The position numbers and the translations under genes are program-made. From assembly GCA_017609605.1 (NCBI GenBank), contig JAFCDO010000006.1:1-36911 (forward strand): 36,911 nt of DNA. Reading direction: 5' to 3'. The notes under the pieces were generated by a model. It was not told the DNA's origin. It saw only the letters and a list, made by a program, of their open reading frames with translations, and did not search any database. Positions 24,888 through 33,822 of the stretch are shown here, in pieces (within the stretch, counting starts at the first letter, position 1; each line of letters starts with the position of its first letter). The DNA comes from Candidatus Parvarchaeota archaeon (GTDB taxonomy: Archaea > Nanobdellota > Nanobdellia > JAAOXT01).

Positions 24888-26066
24888 TTAACAGCAGTAG
24901 AGCTCTTTTGGTTTACCTGATTTGTTGCCGAAAGGGTTTCCTGTTCTGCGAATGTTCTGTATCATTTCCTTGTTCTTTGGACTCTCAAGCATTGACCTTT
25001 TTTTTCTAATGATTTTAAGCACGTCAATCCTGACAGGACAATTCTCTTTGCAAGCAAGGCAGGCTGTGCATGAGTACAGTTTCTTCCAGTCTTTTTCCAG
25101 TGCCAGGCCTTTTGGCCCGATATAATGGTTTCCGAAACCCGATAGTAATTGCTGGTAAGCCGGGCAATAATATAAGCAGGAACCGCAACTCAAGCAAAGA
25201 AGTGCTTCACTCAAACCTTTTTTTATCAAGTCTCGTCTCCCATTATCCAAGATTATTATATGAACTTCTCTCGCCCCCTGCATTCCTGTCACCAATTTCT
25301 TCTGGACGTCAGCGGTCTTGCTCGGACCAGATATCACGTTCACGTAAGAAGCCATTCTTGACCCTGTTCCGTAAATGGACAGCGCTTTCATGGTTTTCAT
25401 GGCTTCCTCATTACTCTCAACGATTTTGTCCAAGCTCGTGATTATCACGTGTTTTTCAGGTATGCGGGATACGAGACTTATGTTGCCCTCATTCTCCAGG
25501 ATGAAAACGCTTCCTTCACTCGTGACCGCGTTGGCTCCTGTTAACCCGACATCTGCTTTAAATATTTTTGGACGGATTTGTTCGCGAACCCATTTCACTA
25601 CGGATTCAGGATTGGCCTGGACTTTATTCCCTGTCTTCTCTTTTATTTTCTTCACGATTTGCTCAACGCTTATAGTTATGGCTGGCGTGACCGGGTGTTC
25701 GGGTTCTTCATCGCACAGACCGACTAAGTAGTCTCCGCAATCAGTTTCAGTGACTTTGTTCTTTATTTTTTTTAGGAGTCCTGATTCCTTGATGACGTTG
25801 GATTTGCTCTTCGCAATATTATCCGAAGGTTTCACTATTTTTTTGAATTGTTTTACCAGTTGAGCGGGTGTTTTGGCGTGGTAAACTTGGAACCCGCTGG
25901 ACTTCAAGTTTTTGACAGCTTTTTTCCACAGTTGTTCAAGGTTTTTTATCGCGTTTTCCCTTATTGCTCTGAGATCGTCTCGAAAAATTTCTTGGTCTAT
26001 TTCTTTCAACGCTTTTTTCTTGTTGGAAGCGTAAACTTTTTTGGCTGTCTCGAGTTCTGGAATCAT
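24888..26066 (-). CDS. LUD-domain 4Fe-4S protein, LutB/LldF-like
   Basis: KSKS, ETDCGDY, H---PA, ENEGNI, SGPSKTADV, CLSCGSCLYYCP and CTACLACKENCPV motifs. Confidence 0.88.
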   Translation of the reverse strand: MIPELETAKKVYASNKKKALKEIDQEIFRDDLRAIRENAIKNLEQLWKKAVKNLKSSGFQVYHAKTPAQLVKQFKKIVKPSDNIAKSKSNVIKESGLLKKIKNKVTETDCGDYLVGLCDEEPEHPVTPAITISVEQIVKKIKEKTGNKVQANPESVVKWVREQIRPKIFKADVGLTGANAVTSEGSVFILENEGNISLVSRIPEKHVIITSLDKIVESNEEAMKTMKALSIYGTGSRMASYVNVISGPSKTADVQKKLVTGMQGAREVHIIILDNGRRDLIKKGLSEALLCLSCGSCLYYCPAYQQLLSGFGNHYIGPKGLALEKDWKKLYSCTACLACKENCPVRIDVLKIIRKKRSMLESPKNKEMIQNIRRTGNPFGNKSGKPKELYCC

Positions 26067-26770
26067 TTTATTGCCTCCATCAGTGCTTGACTGAATTCTT
26101 TCACTTTAACGTCGGGGTTGTCCAGTTTTGCAGTGCATAACGGGCAAGTCGTGACGAGCATTTTGGCATGGATTTTTTTGGCTTGTTTTAATCTTTCTTC
26201 GCTCATCTTATCACCGAGTTCTTTTCTGTTCGATGCGACTCCCGCGCCCCCTCCACAGCACAAGGATTGGGCGTGGTGGTCTTGCATTTCGATTATGGTG
26301 TAACCCATTTTTTTAAGAATTGTTCGGGGCTCCTCGTAGAGTTGCGCGTACCTGCCGAGGTGGCATGGATCGTGATACGTTATCCTGCCAGAAACTTTTT
26401 TGAGTTTTAGCTTGCCTTTCTCGACTGCTTTGAGCACAGTAGTTGTTATATGTTCAACTTCCACACCCCATTTTGGAAAGCGTTTTTCGTATTCTTTGAG
26501 CATGCCGTAGCAGGCCGGGCAGTTGGTGATTATTTTTTTGATTGAGTAATTTTTGAATGTTTTGAGGTTTTTTTTAGCGAGTTTCAGAAAGTCTTTTTCG
26601 TATCCTGCGTTGAGTGCTGGGGACCCGCAACAAAATTGTTGTTCAAGCATTATGAAATCGACTCCAGATTTTTCTAGAATTTTTTTGTAATTGTCCTCTA
26701 CTTCAGGATAAACTTTTTTGGTCAGGCATCCTGAGAAATACAACGTGTTGCCCTTGAATAAGCGAAACAT
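26063..26770 (-). CDS. CCG-domain Fe-S protein, LutA/GlpC/HdrD-like
   Basis: YFSGC, CCGSP, TNCPAC, TYHDPCHLGR, CCGGGAG and TCPLC motifs; start reassigned to 26770 (TAATG overlap with the upstream gene). Confidence 0.88.
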   Translation of the reverse strand: MFRLFKGNTLYFSGCLTKKVYPEVEDNYKKILEKSGVDFIMLEQQFCCGSPALNAGYEKDFLKLAKKNLKTFKNYSIKKIITNCPACYGMLKEYEKRFPKWGVEVEHITTTVLKAVEKGKLKLKKVSGRITYHDPCHLGRYAQLYEEPRTILKKMGYTIIEMQDHHAQSLCCGGGAGVASNRKELGDKMSEERLKQAKKIHAKMLVTTCPLCTAKLDNPDVKVKEFSQALMEAIK

Positions 26771-27813
26771 TAAAACCATCCTAATAGCATGCCTATTCCG
26801 AGGATTATCATAAAGCTTCCGAGAAGGAGTTTCATCCAGTTTCTTTTCCCTTCTCTCCATTTTTCCATTTTTTTGGTGCCGACTCCAACGTAAGCAAGCG
26901 CTAATATCACTATTAACGGTAGAATGAATATCGCGTTGTATAAGACTAAATATGGAAGAGCGTAAGCTCCTGATTTAGCTAGGAGACTAAGTATTGCAAG
27001 GTAAACTCCTCCAGTGCAAGGAAGTTCGAATAGGGATACGAGGAATCCGAGAGTTATTGCTGCGGGAAGAGTTGCTTTCCTAGAGTATTTGGCAATTATT
27101 CCTTTGCGCGAACTCGATATGTTGAGGCTTATTCCTTTTCCATAGAAAAAGAAGTCTTTAACGTTCACGAGGCCGAAAACAATTGCGATTACTGCTGCAA
27201 CGTAATAGATTATGAATGTTAGGGCTGTCACTTCTTGGATTAATGTAAACACGCCGATCCCTGCTAAGAGGTAAGTTATGAAAACCGTGATGATATAAAT
27301 AGATCCTATTTTCACGATTTTTTTCTTAGAGCCTAAAGAAGTTATGGTTGAGAGGAGGAATATCATTACTGCGAAAGCGCATGGATTGATGGAGTCAATA
27401 ACTGCTGCGGCAATTATCATAAATAGGGTTAATTCGTTTTTAGTGCTTGTCGTTCCTCCTTGAATATCCGAGTCTATCCTACCTTGGTTTATGCAGTTAT
27501 CAACTTGTTTTGATAAGTTGTTTATTATCGTATTTGGTCCTTGAAGAACTCCTTTTTCCCCGTTGCACCTGATTATTATGAGTGGAACACCATCTCTTAT
27601 CCCGAATTCTTGCAGGACGTTAGAGTATTTAACGAGGTTCGTCTGGTTTCGAGATATTTCGTACGTTGTCAAGTTAGGAATGTTTTTTAAGGTTCCTGTT
27701 GTTTCAACGTAAGCGCACCCGTGACAGCCATACATTTGGTAGAATTCAACGCTAACGCTCAGTGCTGGCGTGAACAAGAGTAAAAGCGTTATTAGCGTTA
27801 ATTGTTTTCTCAT
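26770..27813 (-). CDS. Exported thioredoxin-like domain fused to a CcdA/DsbD-like transmembrane domain
   Basis: Signal peptide, CHGC and GVP in the N-terminal domain; membrane domain with DSINPCAF and FELPCTG and about six TM helices. Confidence 0.82.
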   Translation of the reverse strand: MRKQLTLITLLLLFTPALSVSVEFYQMYGCHGCAYVETTGTLKNIPNLTTYEISRNQTNLVKYSNVLQEFGIRDGVPLIIIRCNGEKGVLQGPNTIINNLSKQVDNCINQGRIDSDIQGGTTSTKNELTLFMIIAAAVIDSINPCAFAVMIFLLSTITSLGSKKKIVKIGSIYIITVFITYLLAGIGVFTLIQEVTALTFIIYYVAAVIAIVFGLVNVKDFFFYGKGISLNISSSRKGIIAKYSRKATLPAAITLGFLVSLFELPCTGGVYLAILSLLAKSGAYALPYLVLYNAIFILPLIVILALAYVGVGTKKMEKWREGKRNWMKLLLGSFMIILGIGMLLGWF

Positions 27814-27831
27814 TAAGTGTTTCCTTTGGAG

Positions 27832-27869
27832 TGAAACAATATTTAAATATTTGTTTCAAATATTGAAAC
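27832..27869. promoter_or_regulatory. Overlapping palindromes in a divergent promoter
   Basis: TGAAAC-AATATTTAAATATT-T-GTTTCA overlapping GTTTCAA-ATA-TTGAAAC. Confidence 0.55.
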
Positions 27870-27879
27870 TGAGGGATTT

Positions 27880-28332
27880 ATGAAAGAAGGACTGTTATTG
27901 ATGACTGTTATCACTGGTTTTGTTTTCCTAGTTTCTTTCGCAACTCTTTACACAGAAAACGTGATTAATCATGGAGATTCTTGTAGTTGTCCTGTCCCGA
28001 TTCCTTTGGTTGTTTTGAGCATGGCTTCTCTCGGGGTTTTCGTTGGCACCTTGATTTTTTACGGTTTCACTTTGTTTTCTGATAAGAAGAAGAAAACAAC
28101 GGGTTTGAACCTTTTGTTTTCGGTTTTGTCAGGGGATGAAGAAAAACTGGCTAAACTCTTGGCAGATAATGGTGGGATTTTGAAGCAGTCCGAATTGGTC
28201 AGGCTTTCTGGTTTGAGCCGGGTAAAGGTTAGCAGACTGGTTGACAAGATGAGTAAGAAAATTGTTGATAAGGAAACAAAGGGAAAGATTAACGTAATAA
28301 AATTAAAACAGAAGTTCAGGGAGTTTCTATAA
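27880..28332 (+). CDS. Membrane-anchored HTH protein
   Basis: Two TM helices flanking a CSC loop, then 'GGILKQSELVRLSGLSRVKVSRLVDKM' wHTH. Confidence 0.8.
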   Translation: MKEGLLLMTVITGFVFLVSFATLYTENVINHGDSCSCPVPIPLVVLSMASLGVFVGTLIFYGFTLFSDKKKKTTGLNLLFSVLSGDEEKLAKLLADNGGILKQSELVRLSGLSRVKVSRLVDKMSKKIVDKETKGKINVIKLKQKFREFL

Positions 28333-28716
28333 ATCCACTACTTTTCTTCCTATTGACCCCAAACCACACTCTAAAATTTTAGCAAGTCTTTTACCATGGT
28401 TTTTCAAAACCTTATTTACAGTTTCATAGTCTGAACCTGCAAAAACAAACTCAGGAGGGCCGGCCAGACTTGTGTAATCTGAAAAGACTTGTTCAAGACC
28501 GATGTCTCTTTCAAGAACAATTTTAATGTGACTCCGGCGAGCAAATGCTGGACCCATTTCCTTAAATCCTATGAAGCTTTTTGTTTCTGGTAAAAACTCT
28601 TCAACTTTTTTTAAAACGCTTCTGTGAAGGTCTGCGGATTCGATTAACTTGTCTACTGATGGAATTCCTTGCTCAGCATCTATTTCCACTTTATAGAGAA
28701 ATGAAATGTTTCCCAT
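28327..28716 (-). CDS. Hypothetical protein
   Basis: 129-aa ORF filling the gap; no motif recognised. Confidence 0.55.
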   Translation of the reverse strand: MGNISFLYKVEIDAEQGIPSVDKLIESADLHRSVLKKVEEFLPETKSFIGFKEMGPAFARRSHIKIVLERDIGLEQVFSDYTSLAGPPEFVFAGSDYETVNKVLKNHGKRLAKILECGLGSIGRKVVDL

Positions 28717-28749
28717 GACATTCTTAATTGTGATTAGGTCTTAAAAGTC

Positions 28750-29142
28750 TTACTCAATGAATCTTTTGATTATTCCAGCCATTATTTTGAGTTCGTTTGA
28801 ATCCGCTCTCTTAGCCCTGCTCGGGTCAAGTTCTCCTGCCTCAAATATAGGGATTAAGTGGACGTGCGCGTGAGGCACTCCAAATCCTTCAACAACCAAA
28901 CCTATTTTTTTGGCGCCAGTAGCTTTCTTGAGCGGAACAGCTAATCTCTTGGCTTTCAAGAATAGTTCTGAGTAATCCTCATCGGATAAGTCAAAAACGT
29001 ATTCTTCATGTTTTTTAGGGATTACCAGTGTGTGCCCTGGGTTCAGTGGGTTAGCGTCTAGAAAAGCCAAGTGTTTGTCATCTTCCCACACTTTATGCGC
29101 AGGGATTTCATCGTTTATTATTTTGCAGAAAATGCAGTCCAT
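28750..29142 (-). CDS. HIT family nucleotide hydrolase
   Basis: DCIFCKI, PGHTLVIPKKH and VPHAHVHLIP histidine triad. Confidence 0.95.
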   Translation of the reverse strand: MDCIFCKIINDEIPAHKVWEDDKHLAFLDANPLNPGHTLVIPKKHEEYVFDLSDEDYSELFLKAKRLAVPLKKATGAKKIGLVVEGFGVPHAHVHLIPIFEAGELDPSRAKRADSNELKIMAGIIKRFIE

Positions 29143-29209
29143 AGCATTTAATTATAAGTGGTCAGGTTATAAAATTTTTTATAAAACCCCACTCTTTATT
29201 GTTATCATC

Positions 29210-29527
29210 ATGAATTTTGAAAAATTATCCAAAAGAATCAATGAACTGGAGAACAAAGTCAGGCAAAAATTACCTCACGACCATCCGCAAATCATTTGTG
29301 CTTTGAAAGCGGTTGAAGAACTCGGCGAGGTCTCCGACCTTCTGGTCAGGAAATGGGTTGGGGCTCGAAAAGGAAAAGAGTTAGGGGCTGAAGAATTCAA
29401 GCAGAGACTCGGCGAAGAGTTAAGTGACGTCATCATTCCTTTAATTCAAATAGCCACTTTTTACGGCATTGATTTGGAAACAGCTATTGAAGAAAAAATA
29501 AGTGTGCACTTTAAGAATTGGGATTAA
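29210..29527 (+). CDS. MazG-like nucleotide pyrophosphohydrolase
   Basis: KAVEELGEV and GEELSDV acidic helices plus 'GIDLE-A'; start reassigned to ATG 29210. Confidence 0.85.
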   Translation: MNFEKLSKRINELENKVRQKLPHDHPQIICALKAVEELGEVSDLLVRKWVGARKGKELGAEEFKQRLGEELSDVIIPLIQIATFYGIDLETAIEEKISVHFKNWD

Positions 29528-29566
29528 CAAATGTTTTTAAAACAAGGCAAGTAATTAAAAAAGTAA

Positions 29567-31228
29567 ATGATACTCTTCGAATTGAAAGCACGGGACGCTG
29601 GTGGCAGGATTTGCAAAGCCATAATAAATGGTAAAGAATTGGAAACCCCTGCGTTCCTACCAGTTATTAACCCGAGAATTGACACAATTCCCGTTAAAGA
29701 ATTGAAGGAGTTGGGCGTTCAAGCCCTGATAACCAATGCTTATTTCTTGTTGAAAAATCATGAGGGCGAACTGAAAAAGGGGGTTCACGACTTCTTAGGT
29801 TTTGACGGTGTAGTAATGCTGGACAGCGGGGCTTTCCAATTGATGCGTTACGGCAGCGTGAACGTCACGAACCGTAAAATCATTGAGTTCCAGAAAAAGG
29901 TTAAGCCAGACATTGGAGTAATCCTTGACGTGCCAGTAGCAAAATCTTCTCGAGAGGATTTCGAGCACGGAGTTAAAGAAACTTTAAAGCGCGCCAAGGA
30001 ATGGAAAAAATTGGGTAAAGGAAGCGTTAACTGGGCTGGACCCGTGCAGGGAGGCCCTTATGAAGACTTGTTGAAAAAAAGTGCTGTGCAAATGAGCAAG
30101 CTCGGCTTCGACATGTACTGCGTGGGCTCGCTCGTCCCAGCCATGGAAGAATATGATTTCAAGAGAATGGTTGACCAAGTTATAACTGCTAAAAAGAATT
30201 TGCCGTCCAACGTTCTGGTCCACGCTTTCGGTGCCGGACACCCCATGGTGATGCCTTTACTCTCCTTGCTCGGAATCGACCTGTTTGATTCCGCGAGTTA
30301 CGCCATATTCGCCAAGGAAAACAGGTACATAACTGAAAGAGGAACTATTAAACTAAAAGATTTGCGAGAACTTCCCTGCAACTGCCCTTCCTGCTTCAAC
30401 AAGAAGCCTGAAGACTTAAAAGAGCCGGGTTTAGCGAGGCACAACTTATATGTTATCTTGGCAGAGGTTCGCAGGATTAAACAAGCAATCCACGTGGGCA
30501 GGTTGTGGGAACTCGTGCTGGAAAGAGCCATGGTTCACCCTGCTTTGCTGGAAGCCACCAAGCACGTCTTGGAAAATCATTATGAATACTTTTTGGATAA
30601 GGATCCTTTGACCAAGCGAAAAGCTTTCTTTTACGCTGGAGAGGTTTCGAGCTACAGGCCAGCCATCGTCAGGGCTAGCCAAAAATTTCCTGGTCAAGTG
30701 CCTTCAGCTTTAAGGATTGTTTATCCTTTCGGCCAGTTTGAAGGAGAACAAGTGTTCGACTTTGATGACGAGTTATACACTGAACTGGAGACCTTGCGTT
30801 TGATAGGGGATTACTGGTTCGGCAAAGGTTCTGGAAAAAAATTGTTTCCCAAAAAGTGTTGGATAAAGTACACTCGAACTGGCAGGATTCACCAAGTTTT
30901 TCTAGATGAAGATTTATTAGGGGTGCTCAGGACGAGTGACGGGTACTTTGCATTACACAGGATGGGTGCGCTGAGACTGAAAACTAAACTAAAAAAAGTT
31001 GTTGTCAAAAAAGATGCAGAATCTTTCGTGCTGGAGGGCAGGAACGCGTTAGCAAGATTCGTGAAAAAAGTTGGTAAAAATGTTTTGCCAGGGGATAGCG
31101 TGCTGGTCACGAATTCTCGCGGCAAATTCTTGGGGGTGGGTGAATCCCTTCTTAACAGCAAGGAAATGCTAGAATTCGACTACGGAAACGCTGTCAAGGT
31201 CAGGGAAGGTTTTGAGAAACCTGTGTAA
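29567..31228 (+). CDS. tgtA: Archaeosine tRNA-guanine(15) transglycosylase with C-terminal PUA domain
   Basis: ETPAFLPVINP, ITNAY, DSGAFQ, H-FGAGHP, DLFDSASYA, LPC-CP-C, ARHNL and LWELV--R---HP motifs; PUA-like C-terminus. Confidence 0.94.
   Translation: MILFELKARDAGGRICKAIINGKELETPAFLPVINPRIDTIPVKELKELGVQALITNAYFLLKNHEGELKKGVHDFLGFDGVVMLDSGAFQLMRYGSVNVTNRKIIEFQKKVKPDIGVILDVPVAKSSREDFEHGVKETLKRAKEWKKLGKGSVNWAGPVQGGPYEDLLKKSAVQMSKLGFDMYCVGSLVPAMEEYDFKRMVDQVITAKKNLPSNVLVHAFGAGHPMVMPLLSLLGIDLFDSASYAIFAKENRYITERGTIKLKDLRELPCNCPSCFNKKPEDLKEPGLARHNLYVILAEVRRIKQAIHVGRLWELVLERAMVHPALLEATKHVLENHYEYFLDKDPLTKRKAFFYAGEVSSYRPAIVRASQKFPGQVPSALRIVYPFGQFEGEQVFDFDDELYTELETLRLIGDYWFGKGSGKKLFPKKCWIKYTRTGRIHQVFLDEDLLGVLRTSDGYFALHRMGALRLKTKLKKVVVKKDAESFVLEGRNALARFVKKVGKNVLPGDSVLVTNSRGKFLGVGESLLNSKEMLEFDYGNAVKVREGFEKPV
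30988..31228 (+). repeat. tgtA 3' end, left copy of an imperfect direct repeat
   Basis: 30988-31012 is identical to 34709-34733 (25 nt); 31187-31226 matches 34764-34803 at 39 of 40 nt. Confidence 0.9.
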
Positions 31229-31229
31229 A

Positions 31230-31559
31230 TCATTCAACTTCAATGTACTTATCGCACAACTTCTTTATGAAGAATTCTTTTTCTTTAAAATTCTTAACAA
31301 ATATTAATGATTTATAATCAATTTTCCTAAATTTTAACCAAGAAATGACTCCAACCTTATTCTCACTCGCTGTTATGATTATAATATCCTTACTGCTTGG
31401 TTTGAAAATAAGAGGTAAAAATATTGTTATTAAAGGAAAAAATTTTTCAATAACCCGATAGATTTTAAGTAACCCTCCTTTTGGAGCGTAAGCAATTGTT
31501 CCATCAAAATCCCAGCCTTCATGGATACCTTCTCCTTTCCGAATATATTTTTCTTTCAT
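31230..31559 (-). CDS. Small capless HAD-like protein
   Basis: GWDFDGTIA (motif I) and IIITAS (motif II); C-terminal YIE replaces the usual DD. Confidence 0.6.
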   Translation of the reverse strand: MKEKYIRKGEGIHEGWDFDGTIAYAPKGGLLKIYRVIEKFFPLITIFLPLIFKPSSKDIIIITASENKVGVISWLKFRKIDYKSLIFVKNFKEKEFFIKKLCDKYIEVE

Positions 31560-32395
31560 AAGTTCTCCTCTATCTTGTCACAAATGAAATCTAAATCTCC
31601 TCTAATTTGAAGGATAACTGTTTCATGAGCCAAAAGTTTAGTGAACTCCGCTCTTTTTAAAGATAATTCGACGGTGTCTAAAGGCATAAGAGGTCTGCTG
31701 TAATCATGTATGTTTTTAAAAACACTTCTTATCTCCATGCTGAATTGTTCATATAAATGGAATCGTGCTTTATCAGTATCCGTCCAATTGAGTAATTTAT
31801 TCTCAGATGCTAATTGAGGGTAAACAAACATTTTCACAGAACAAGGAGAAGAACTAACTTCGCAGATTTTTTCAATACTTAAACAATCTTCTTCAAAACC
31901 ATATTTCTTTTTCAGAAAATCATTATCTTCTTCTAAAAAATGGATTCTTCCAACAATTTCTTTTTTAGGATTCATCACTGTCATGCTTTCTGAAACAAAT
32001 TCAAACCCTTTTTTTCTTGAAAGGTTTATCGCTACACTTGTTTTTCCTGTATCCTTCCAGCCAAAAAGAATTACTGCTTTGCCTTGAAATTCAGCGCAAC
32101 TTGAATTGATACAATACATGTTTTTTTCTTGTCTTCTTCTTTCAAGAACGTGTTGGGCCATGAAAAGTACGTCAAGAGCATTATTACCGGAATATTCGAA
32201 TAACGGATAATTTTCTGAAAGTGAGAATTTATCAGAAAAATTGACTCTAATGATTGGTGAGCTAAAGTCTGGTTTATGTAAGCTTAAACTTGGAAAACCT
32301 TTTTTTATGAAATCATTTTTCAATATTTGTGTGAGAAAACTTTCAGGGGCTTCAACATTAACCCCAACTCCACAACTACTTAATAATACCCTCAT
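31556..32395 (-). CDS. P-loop kinase-like protein (HPr kinase/PEPCK-type fold)
   Basis: 'INSSCAEFQGKAVILFGWKDTGKTS' followed by 'FEFVSES' parallels the H-S-V...G-G-GKS...DD layout. Confidence 0.65.
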   Translation of the reverse strand: MRVLLSSCGVGVNVEAPESFLTQILKNDFIKKGFPSLSLHKPDFSSPIIRVNFSDKFSLSENYPLFEYSGNNALDVLFMAQHVLERRRQEKNMYCINSSCAEFQGKAVILFGWKDTGKTSVAINLSRKKGFEFVSESMTVMNPKKEIVGRIHFLEEDNDFLKKKYGFEEDCLSIEKICEVSSSPCSVKMFVYPQLASENKLLNWTDTDKARFHLYEQFSMEIRSVFKNIHDYSRPLMPLDTVELSLKRAEFTKLLAHETVILQIRGDLDFICDKIEENL

Positions 32396-33437
32396 AATAA
32401 TCCCCTAAAACCCTCGCGTTTTTTTTGATATCAAAATTGTTGGATAAGTGCTGTCTCGCCTGTTTGAGTATTTCTGTATTATCTTCATTTAAAGCATTAA
32501 TCAAAGTTTTTGCAAGATCCTCCGGATTTTTTGGATCAAAAAGATATCCTGTTTTTTCATCAATAACTTCTCTCATCCCACAACAGTTAGCTGATACAGG
32601 AACGCAGCCGCAAGCAACTGCTTCATTAAGAGTTATTACCGTTCCTTCCTGTTCAAATGCGGGGTGGACAAAAACTTTAGTTCGATTGTAAAGCGGAACT
32701 ATTTGAGAATCACTTATTTCTCCTAAGAAACTTATATTCAACCCAAGTTTTTTACTTAAGGACTTTAATCTAAAAAGTTGAGAACCTGTTCCAGCTATAA
32801 CCGTTCTAATGTTAGAATTATTTATTATGGATAAAGCATGTAAAAAAGTATCCACACCTTTATGTTTCTCCAATCTTCCCAAATAAAGAAAATCTATTTC
32901 TCTTTTAAGTTTTAAGTCCTTAAAGCGCTTTAAATTAATACCGTTATAAATGGTTGGAACATTTTTCAAGAAATTCTTGTGTAGTTTTTTCCATGCTTTT
33001 GTAACGTAATCTGCAACACTAACAAATGCATCAGCTCTTTTCAAAGATAAACCATCAATTTTTTTGTATTTGGGAGCAACTCCATGTAAATGTAAAACGT
33101 TTTTTATTCCTTTCGGAATCGCTAAAGAATCAACAGTGTAATGCGTGATTATTAAGTCATAACCTTTTAGACTATGTTTCGCTAGGCTCGCAAACGCTTT
33201 GGATTCTTCATCCCACTCATCACCAGTCCTTGGAATTTTTTTTAGCTCATTTTTCAGAAGTATAATTTTTATAGGATAATTCATCAACTCTTCAAAAATT
33301 TCGGTTGGCCTATTGGTTGCAGAAGTTATTAGGGAGACTTCAAAGCGTGAACAGAGTCTTTTGATTTGTTCAGCAGTGATTCTTTCTCCACCACCCACAT
33401 AATAACTTAATCTTGGGTGATACTCAAGAATCTTCAT
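32376..33437 (-). CDS. Glycosyltransferase family 4 (GT-B)
   Basis: GGGER, IYNGI, YLGRLEKHKG and EG-----NEAVACG-P motifs. Confidence 0.92.
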   Translation of the reverse strand: MKILEYHPRLSYYVGGGERITAEQIKRLCSRFEVSLITSATNRPTEIFEELMNYPIKIILLKNELKKIPRTGDEWDEESKAFASLAKHSLKGYDLIITHYTVDSLAIPKGIKNVLHLHGVAPKYKKIDGLSLKRADAFVSVADYVTKAWKKLHKNFLKNVPTIYNGINLKRFKDLKLKREIDFLYLGRLEKHKGVDTFLHALSIINNSNIRTVIAGTGSQLFRLKSLSKKLGLNISFLGEISDSQIVPLYNRTKVFVHPAFEQEGTVITLNEAVACGCVPVSANCCGMREVIDEKTGYLFDPKNPEDLAKTLINALNEDNTEILKQARQHLSNNFDIKKNARVLGDYYEGIIK

Positions 33438-33822
33438 CTAGTTCTCCTAAAATTTTTTTAATAAAACTTTTTCTCGAAGGATATTTTATAGAATTTATTA
33501 ACTCGTCTGAAGATACTTTTTTGATTTTGATGTCACCAGAATATGGTTTCTTGTTAACTTTAATTTTATAGAAGTAATGAGTCTCTTTCTTGTTTTTATG
33601 ATGGCAACGGTTACTATCAAAAGAGTAAGTTACTTTTATCTTTTTTATTAACAGTATATTCTTCGGCTTGAGTAATGTTTCTTCTCTTAGTTCTCTTATC
33701 AAAGCTTTTTTATTGGACTCTCCTTTATCTACTCTCCCACCAATCAGTTCTAAGCCTTCATCGTAATCTGCCGCGTAAAAACCATTTTTATAGTATAAAA
33801 AACAGTAAACAGCTTTACACAT
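33424..33822 (-). CDS. Nudix hydrolase
   Basis: GGRVDKGESNKKALIRELREET Nudix box. Confidence 0.88.
   Translation of the reverse strand: MCKAVYCFLYYKNGFYAADYDEGLELIGGRVDKGESNKKALIRELREETLLKPKNILLIKKIKVTYSFDSNRCHHKNKKETHYFYKIKVNKKPYSGDIKIKKVSSDELINSIKYPSRKSFIKKILGELDEDS

Noticed and set aside
26771-26860. N-terminal 30 aa of the tracked 265-aa CCG ORF
   Set aside because: It overlaps the upstream membrane gene by 90 nt; ATG 26770 with a TAATG junction is the better start.
29165-29190. Palindrome TTATAAAA-TT-TTTTATAA
   Set aside because: It is most simply back-to-back TATA boxes of the divergent HIT and MazG promoters, not a separate element.
29030-29209. N-terminal extension of the tracked 165-aa MazG ORF
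   Set aside because: It overlaps the HIT gene and the divergent promoter; ATG 29210 is more plausible.
29567-31228. Possibility that the TGT is a DpdA-type DNA-modifying or bacterial queuine TGT
   Set aside because: Length, GAGHP motif, C-terminal PUA domain and host-like composition fit ArcTGT; no dpd genes are nearby.
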